Shown: positions 58,354 to 64,000 of the stretch, piece by piece
Layout of the letters: each line of letters starts with the position of its first letter
How positions within the stretch are numbered: position 1 is the first letter of the stretch
DNA from: Longimicrobiales bacterium
Lineage (GTDB): Bacteria > Gemmatimonadota > Gemmatimonadetes > Longimicrobiales > Gaopeijiaceae
Direction: 5' to 3'
Assembly: GCA_965226375.1 (NCBI GenBank)
Contig: CBDDCX010000006.1
Coordinates: 576,001 to 640,000 of the forward strand
Length of the DNA stretch: 64,000 nt
Translations under genes and position numbers: made by a program
Notes under the pieces: model-generated
The model's input: only the letters and a program-made list of their open reading frames with translations
What the model was told of the DNA's origin: nothing
Databases searched by the model: none

Positions 58354-59729
58354 TCCGCAGCGTCGACCGCACCTCCTCCTCTGCTGCGACGCTGTCGCCG
58401 CCGGCTCCGGCCGAACGGCGAGACGCCCCAGGTCAGCGCTCCGGCAACGGCTACGTGCCGCACGTCGTCGCGTGGAACCTGACCAAACGGTGCAACCTCG
58501 AGTGCGCACACTGCTACATATCCGCCGGATCGTGGCATCTGGCCTCAGAGGAGCTCTCCACCGAGGAGTGCTTCCGTGTCCTCGACGAGATCCTCGAGGT
58601 CAACCCCCACCCGATGCTCATCCTGACGGGCGGAGAGCCGCTGGTACGGGATGATCTGGAGGCCATCGCCGAGAGGGCGTCCTCTCGAGGAGCCACGGTA
58701 GTCGTCGGAACCAACGGCACCAGGCTGACCGGAGAGCGCATCGACTCGTTGATGGCGGCGGGGATCAAGGGTGTTGCCGTAAGCATCGACTCGCTTCGAT
58801 CCGAATACCATGATCGCTTCCGGCATGGCGGCGGTGCCCTCACCGACACGATGGCCGCCGTCGAACGATGTGCCGAACGCAAGCTGGACTTCGTCATCCA
58901 GACAACCGTAACTACGGGAAATCGGCATGAGATTGCCGATTTGGCGAATTGGTCGGCCACGGCCGGAGCTGTTTCCTTTAATGTGTATTTCGTGGTCCCG
59001 ACGGGTCGGGCCGAGCTGATGGGCGGTATGACGCCTGCCGAGAACGATGAGGTCCTCCAGGAATTGGTCGCGCTCGAGCAGACGTACCGGGGGCGAATGA
59101 TGATTCGCTCCAAGTGCCAACCGCAGCTCATGCGCCACGTCATCGACGGCGATCCGGACTCGCCTTTGCTCAACTACGAGACGCGCTGCCCCTGCGGCGT
59201 GCACTACGTGCGAATCACTCCCGAGGGCAAGGTCACGCCCTGCCCCTATATGCCCGTTGTCGCCGGCGACCTGATGAAGGACAGCTTCCGAACCATCTGG
59301 CAGACCTCGGAGGTCTTCAGTGATCTTCGGTCGGGCCAGCTCTCGGGACGCTGTGGGCGCTGCGAATACCGCGAGGTATGCGGTGGCTGTAGAGCCCGGG
59401 CTTACGCGGAGACGGGCGATTTTCTGGGCCCGGACGACTCGTGCGTCTACGAGCCCACGGGTGAGGTACCCCTGATTGCTCGGGTACAGGCCGTAGCCTA
59501 CGGTCAGGCGGCCGCGTCCGAGATGGCTTGGTCCCCAGAGGCCCGGGCTCGTCTGGACAAGGTTCCGAGTTTCGTGAGGGGGGTCGTGACGGCCCGCGTC
59601 GAGAAATTCGCCCTTGAAAGGGGCTATTCCAGCGTAGATATCGAGGTCACGGAAGAAGTGCGTAAGAGCCTTCCCGTAGATTTCTCGAAAAAGCTTCCGT
59701 TCTTTCTCGGTAGAGGAGGTACGGCATGA
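58350..59729 (+). CDS. Radical SAM/SPASM protein, AhbD/NirJ-like, with C-terminal PCP_red-like module
   Basis: WNLTKRCNLECAHC, LTGGEPL, PCPY, CGRCEYREVCGGCRARA; WSPEARARLDKVPSFVRGVV; GTGA overlap with usp. Confidence 0.85.
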   Translation: MIRSVDRTSSSAATLSPPAPAERRDAPGQRSGNGYVPHVVAWNLTKRCNLECAHCYISAGSWHLASEELSTEECFRVLDEILEVNPHPMLILTGGEPLVRDDLEAIAERASSRGATVVVGTNGTRLTGERIDSLMAAGIKGVAVSIDSLRSEYHDRFRHGGGALTDTMAAVERCAERKLDFVIQTTVTTGNRHEIADLANWSATAGAVSFNVYFVVPTGRAELMGGMTPAENDEVLQELVALEQTYRGRMMIRSKCQPQLMRHVIDGDPDSPLLNYETRCPCGVHYVRITPEGKVTPCPYMPVVAGDLMKDSFRTIWQTSEVFSDLRSGQLSGRCGRCEYREVCGGCRARAYAETGDFLGPDDSCVYEPTGEVPLIARVQAVAYGQAAASEMAWSPEARARLDKVPSFVRGVVTARVEKFALERGYSSVDIEVTEEVRKSLPVDFSKKLPFFLGRGGTA

Positions 59730-59810
59730 ACCGGCGCGCTAGAAGGCTGTTGACAAGAAAGGAAACGTGATGAGTCGAGGGAGCCGACGACTCGGCGTGG
59801 CAGTGCGGCA

Positions 59811-61571
59811 TTGAAGTTCCTGGGGGCCTTGGGCCTGGTGGGCCTGGTCTTCCAGGTCTTCCCAGACGCCGCGTGGGCGCAGGACGTTGCGGTACGGCAG
59901 TACGGCGACTTTCCCATGGTGGGGAGTCGGGTCGCGGTGTGGGTGGCCGCGCAGGTGCACCTCCTCTTCGCAGCGTTCGTTCTCGGGGTACCGATGTTTG
60001 CGGTCGTAGCAGAGGCCATCGGCATCTTCGCGGGTCACGAGAAGTACGATAAGCTCGCCAAGGAATTCACCCGACTCCTCCTGGTGGCCTACTCAGCCAC
60101 GGCGATCTGGGGAGCGATCCTATCCTTCCTGCTCGTCACCCTGTATCCGAGACTTTGGATCTATCTGGCGGAGATCTTCGAATTCTCCATGTGGATCTAT
60201 GTAGGCCTCTTCTTTCTCGAGTCGTTCACGCTGTACCTCTACTACTACGGCTGGGATCGCTGGAAGAAGGGGCGTGCCAAGCTGGCTCACTGGGGTCTGG
60301 GCATCATGCTCAACGTGTGGGGCACCACCGTCATGTTCATCGCCAACTCCTGGTTGACGTACATGATGAGCCCGCCCGCCGATGTCGGCCCCGACACGTC
60401 ACCGGCCATGGTCCAATTCTGGAGCGCCTTCGCCAACGCGACCTGGATGCCGATCAACATCCACCGGATTATCGCGAACGTGGTCTTCGGTGGTGCTATC
60501 GTGGGCGCCTACGCCGCCTACCGCTTCCTAATGGCAAAGACGGATGAGGAACGCGCCCACTACGACTGGATGGGCTACGTCGGCAACCTGATCGCCATCG
60601 GTGCGCTCATCGTCCTTCCGTTCGCCGGTTACTACCTGGGCCGCGAGGTCTACGAGTTCAACCAGCAAATGGGCATCACCATGATGGGCGGGTTCATGAG
60701 CTGGCTTTGGATTATCCAGGCCTTCCTCATCGGTGTGTTGTTCCTGACCGGCAACTACTACCTCTGGGTGGGAATGGGCCGGATTCCCGGGGCCGAACGT
60801 TTCACTCCCTACACGAAATACATGCTGGTGGTACTCGTGATCGGGGTGATGGTATGGGCCACGCCGCACACCATGATCGCCAACAGAGAAGAAATCGCCG
60901 CGATGGGAGGCACCAACCACCCCTTCCTGGGTGTCCTCGGGGTCATGAGCGCCAAGAACACGGCTGTGAACATCATGATCCTGACCACGTTCCTGTCCTT
61001 CCTGCTCTATCGTCGCGCAAACATTCGGCCGACGGTCAGTTGGGCGAGGACCGGAACCCTGATTCAGGCGGCTCTGTTCATCATCGCCGCGGGCATCGTG
61101 ATCTTCTACGGGATCTACGGATACTTCGTCAGCGCAATCGTCCGGATTGGATTCTCGGTCTATCAGGTGCTGGCGGTGCTCTTCACGATCTTCGCGGTCG
61201 TCGGGATCGATATTGTTCTCGCGCGGGGCGCGGAGTCCAGGGGCGAGATCCGCTGGGGACAGATGCCTCCGAGGTCTCAGTACGCCCTCTTCATTCTCGC
61301 CGTCACGTTCACCTGGCTCATGGGCCTCATGGGCTTCGCTCGCAGTGGAATCCGACAGCACTGGCACGTCTGGGAGGTCATGCGTGACACCAGCGAGTGG
61401 GCGGCGACGCCGGCCCTGGGCTACGCGTCCGTGGTGATCTCGGTGTGTGTGCTGATCTTCCTCACGTTGGTTGCCTTCATCTTCTGGCTCGGCGGACTCG
61501 CGGAGAAGCCTGTGATATCGGGCGCCGGTGCCTCGTCCTCGCCTGAGCTCGCTCCTGCGGCAGGCGATTGA
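59811..61571 (+). CDS. Cytochrome bd-like oxidase subunit I (CydA superfamily, divergent, OR-N-like)
   Basis: VHLLFAAFVLG (His19-like), FFLES, ANSWLTYMMSP, IHRIIAN (His186-like), IRQHWHV in place of GRQPW; no Q-loop motif; 5' end uncertain. Confidence 0.82.
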   Translation: MKFLGALGLVGLVFQVFPDAAWAQDVAVRQYGDFPMVGSRVAVWVAAQVHLLFAAFVLGVPMFAVVAEAIGIFAGHEKYDKLAKEFTRLLLVAYSATAIWGAILSFLLVTLYPRLWIYLAEIFEFSMWIYVGLFFLESFTLYLYYYGWDRWKKGRAKLAHWGLGIMLNVWGTTVMFIANSWLTYMMSPPADVGPDTSPAMVQFWSAFANATWMPINIHRIIANVVFGGAIVGAYAAYRFLMAKTDEERAHYDWMGYVGNLIAIGALIVLPFAGYYLGREVYEFNQQMGITMMGGFMSWLWIIQAFLIGVLFLTGNYYLWVGMGRIPGAERFTPYTKYMLVVLVIGVMVWATPHTMIANREEIAAMGGTNHPFLGVLGVMSAKNTAVNIMILTTFLSFLLYRRANIRPTVSWARTGTLIQAALFIIAAGIVIFYGIYGYFVSAIVRIGFSVYQVLAVLFTIFAVVGIDIVLARGAESRGEIRWGQMPPRSQYALFILAVTFTWLMGLMGFARSGIRQHWHVWEVMRDTSEWAATPALGYASVVISVCVLIFLTLVAFIFWLGGLAEKPVISGAGASSSPELAPAAGD

Positions 61572-61632
61572 ATGAAAGGCCCGGCTGTCTAGACATGAAT
61601 ACGACTTCTGACTCGAGAGACTGAGACGCGCG

Positions 61633-62430
61633 ATGCTTGCAGAGAATCTGAGGATCTTGGCGGTCGTTCTCGGGACCCTTGGGATCTTCACCCTGGTGGC
61701 GAACTCCATTCCCCAAGTCCAGTCCGAGGTGCCACAGGAGCTGACCTTTGGAGCCAACGTCACGGCGGCCGAATTGGTCTCGTCGGGAGGGACCCTTTAC
61801 AACGGGGCGGGCGGTTGTGTGGCCTGCCACGGGCTGGGGACTCGCGCCCCCAACCTCTTGACGGACGCAGGCGGCACGGGCTCCATCGGGCAACGTTGTG
61901 GCGACCGCGTGAGTGGGCAGGACTGCAAGACCTACTTGTACAACTCCATGACGGACCCGGCCGGCTTCCTGGTCGAAGGCTATAATCCGATCATGCCCGA
62001 CATGCGCCGCTCCCTTTCGGACGCACAAATCTGGTCGGTCGTCGCCTTCCTGCAGGATCAGGGTGGCGAAGTAACGGTCACCGGAGCTGACCTCACCGCA
62101 GAGGACGGAGGGGCGGAGCCGGCCGCTGCTGCTGCGCCCACGGCCGCTGCTCCGGCGACTGCATCCCTCGATCCCGTCGAAATCATGCGGGCCAATACCT
62201 GCCTGGTATGTCATCAGTTCAACGGTGAAGGCGCGCCCATGGGACCGCCCTTCGACGGGATGGGGGGACGGGTAGACGCGGACTACATCCGCCAATCGAT
62301 CCTGGACCCGTCGGCGGGCGCATCGGCGGGCTTCGAAGCGTTCATCGGCGTCATGCCGGCGATCTTCGGTAGCCAGCTTACGGCCGCGCAGCTCGAGGCC
62401 GTGGTTCAGTTCCTGGCCAGCCAACAGTAA
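61633..62430 (+). CDS. Membrane-anchored diheme cytochrome c
   Basis: N-terminal TM segment; CVACH...IMP; CLVCH...VMP. Confidence 0.88.
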   Translation: MLAENLRILAVVLGTLGIFTLVANSIPQVQSEVPQELTFGANVTAAELVSSGGTLYNGAGGCVACHGLGTRAPNLLTDAGGTGSIGQRCGDRVSGQDCKTYLYNSMTDPAGFLVEGYNPIMPDMRRSLSDAQIWSVVAFLQDQGGEVTVTGADLTAEDGGAEPAAAAAPTAAAPATASLDPVEIMRANTCLVCHQFNGEGAPMGPPFDGMGGRVDADYIRQSILDPSAGASAGFEAFIGVMPAIFGSQLTAAQLEAVVQFLASQQ

Positions 62431-62447
62431 GGGGAGGCGGAACGCGA

Positions 62448-63245
62448 ATGGGCAAACACTTCAAGCATCCCTTCGGCCAAGCGGTTCTGGTCTTGGCGCT
62501 GTCGTACATCGTGCTGGACTATGGCATCGTATATCTCCCACCCCTGGTCGGGATCGCCAGCGCCCCCATCCCGAACTCCGTCCTCTTCCAGTTCATGCTG
62601 ACGGCCGCCGTCGGCGTATTGCTCTGGGTGAGTGACAACGAGGAGCGTTGGACGGAGTTCAAGGCCCCGATACACCGGACAATGGTGGATCCGCAGAAGA
62701 AAACGGTACGGGGACTCTTCATGGTGGCCATCCCCCTTCTGGTGGCTTTCGGCACGTTCAACCGGGTCCGGCCGTCCGTGGCCGCGCCCATCAGCCTCAG
62801 GTCGGTCCATCCGGCTCCTCCCGGCCGGATCGACTTTCAGGGCACGGACATGGAGCTTGCCGGACTCGAGAACCCTTTGAGGTCGACGGGCTCTATGGAG
62901 GACCACTATGAAGAGGGCAAGAGGATCTACTATGAGAACTGCCTCGCTTGCCACGGCGACGGGCTGAACGGGCAGGGCCACTACGCGGCCGCGTTCACCC
63001 CGGCCCCCGCCAACTTCGAAGACATCGGCACCATCGCCCAGCTGACGGAAAGTTTCGTCTTCTGGAGGATCGCCAAGGGCGGCCCCGGCCTCCCGAATGA
63101 AGGCGCCCCCTGGAATTCGGCGATGCCGGCCTGGGAAGATTTTCTGACCGAGGACGAGATCTGGTCGGTGATCATCTTTTTGTATGAGCAGACGGGGCAT
63201 GAGCCTAGGACTTGGGAGGAAGCTGAAGAGGGGGAGGAGCACTGA
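62448..63245 (+). CDS. Membrane-bound monoheme cytochrome c (about 3 TM segments plus cyt c)
   Basis: Hydrophobic N-half; CLACHG, FWRIAKGGPGLP, SAMPAW. Confidence 0.85.
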   Translation: MGKHFKHPFGQAVLVLALSYIVLDYGIVYLPPLVGIASAPIPNSVLFQFMLTAAVGVLLWVSDNEERWTEFKAPIHRTMVDPQKKTVRGLFMVAIPLLVAFGTFNRVRPSVAAPISLRSVHPAPPGRIDFQGTDMELAGLENPLRSTGSMEDHYEEGKRIYYENCLACHGDGLNGQGHYAAAFTPAPANFEDIGTIAQLTESFVFWRIAKGGPGLPNEGAPWNSAMPAWEDFLTEDEIWSVIIFLYEQTGHEPRTWEEAEEGEEH

Positions 63246-63307
63246 TGCGGGGCTTCGCGAAGGACATGGCAAGGAGCGTTTGTGTCGGATCCTCTTGCTT
63301 TGTGGGT

Positions 63308-63388
63308 AGGGGCCTTCGCGGGTTTCCCTCTCCACTCAAGCAATCTTCGATTGAACTTCGTTCCGAGGGAAACCTCGCGGCGGCCCCT
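63308..63388. repeat. Imperfect long inverted repeat (REP/MITE-like)
   Basis: AGGGGCCTTCGCGGGTTTCCCTC ... GAGGGAAACCTCGCGGCGGCCCCT with inner CAATC-TTC-GATTG hairpin. Confidence 0.6.
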
Positions 63389-63400
63389 GGAGCACGGCGG

Positions 63401-64000
63401 ATGACGGATCCGCTGAACATGCGGATCACCAAGGTGGTCGCGGGGGCATTCGCTCTCATCCTGGTTTTCTGGCTTGGGGCGGGAGGGTTGGAGGGACAGG
63501 AGGGCGGCGACCTCGGACAGGTCACTTATGAACAGTGGTGTGCGGGTTGCCACGGGTTGGACGGGACGGGGACGGGGGATGGGGCTTCGATCATGTTGCC
63601 TCGGCCTCGGGATTTCAGTCAGGCGCTGTACCAGATCCGGACTACGGCCAGTGGGGAGCTTCCGACGGACGATGACATTCTGAACGTTATCGATGTGGGA
63701 ATGCCGGGGACGACGATGCCGGGGTGGGAAGACCTGTTGTCGCGGGATGAGCGCGAGGCGCTGGTTCAATACCTCAAGACGTTTTCGCGGTTTTTCTCGC
63801 CCGACGAGGTGCCCGAGGCTCTCGACTTCGGCAGGCCGACCAGGGTGTCGGAGGAAGTGCTCGTGGAGGGAAGGGCCCAATACGACGCGATCGAGTGCTG
63901 GAAGTGTCATGGCGACCAGGGGCGCGGTGAGGGACAGTCCTCGCCCACGCTGGGTGACGACAACGGCTTCCCGGTCCGGGCGGCGGACCTGACCGAGAAC
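63401..64000 (+). CDS. Exported cytochrome c with at least 2 hemes; 3' end runs off the window
   Basis: Absent from the ORF track. Manual translation: signal peptide, CAGCHG...PRPRDF...GMPGTTMPGW...CWKCHG; frame is open back to ATG 63245. Confidence 0.88.
   Translation, partial: MTDPLNMRITKVVAGAFALILVFWLGAGGLEGQEGGDLGQVTYEQWCAGCHGLDGTGTGDGASIMLPRPRDFSQALYQIRTTASGELPTDDDILNVIDVGMPGTTMPGWEDLLSRDEREALVQYLKTFSRFFSPDEVPEALDFGRPTRVSEEVLVEGRAQYDAIECWKCHGDQGRGEGQSSPTLGDDNGFPVRAADLTEN

Noticed and set aside
48010..59729. Chlorophototrophy suggested by the 'Mg-chelatase-like' and PCP_red domain names
   Set aside because: No bch, puf or crt genes are present; the ATPase is the VWA-associated type and PCP_red occurs only as short appended modules
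59811..64000. Nitrite oxidation inferred from Nitrospira-like respiratory genes
   Set aside because: No nxrAB in the window; resemblance of the oxidase does not establish the metabolism

Overview
GC-rich bacterial chromosomal window, densely coding. I saw no rRNA, tRNA, CRISPR array, transposase or prophage. Gene content and style suggest Gemmatimonadota or a similar lineage (inference, not verified). Left to right: partial peptide ABC substrate-binding lipoprotein; lipoate ligase, gcvP and gcvH; acyl-CoA dehydrogenase, tatA, trmJ and a GAF-GAF-GGDEF protein; a complete actABCDEF alternative complex III operon; a MoxR/DUF58/transglutaminase trio; an ABC-2 exporter; a deacylase-luxE-luxC operon; ypdA; PadR plus ADOP permease; Spy and Skp; arsC; a gcvT/ygfZ-like gene; a selenocysteine-containing selD (in-frame TGA plus SECIS hairpin); lon; ggt; ETF-QO; mutY; and an AAA/VWA pair. 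The most striking region is 54135-64000, a co-oriented cluster of ferredoxin, Mrp/ApbC, three different proteins sharing PCP_red-like helical modules (a Cys4 protein, a Usp-domain protein with Cys-Pro motifs, and an AhbD/NirJ-type radical SAM), a Q-loop-less cytochrome bd-like subunit I without cydB, and three c-type cytochromes. It looks like a Nitrospira-type cytochrome c-fed bd-like oxidase with its own putative cofactor-maturation module. All calls come from reading motifs by eye; no searches were run.
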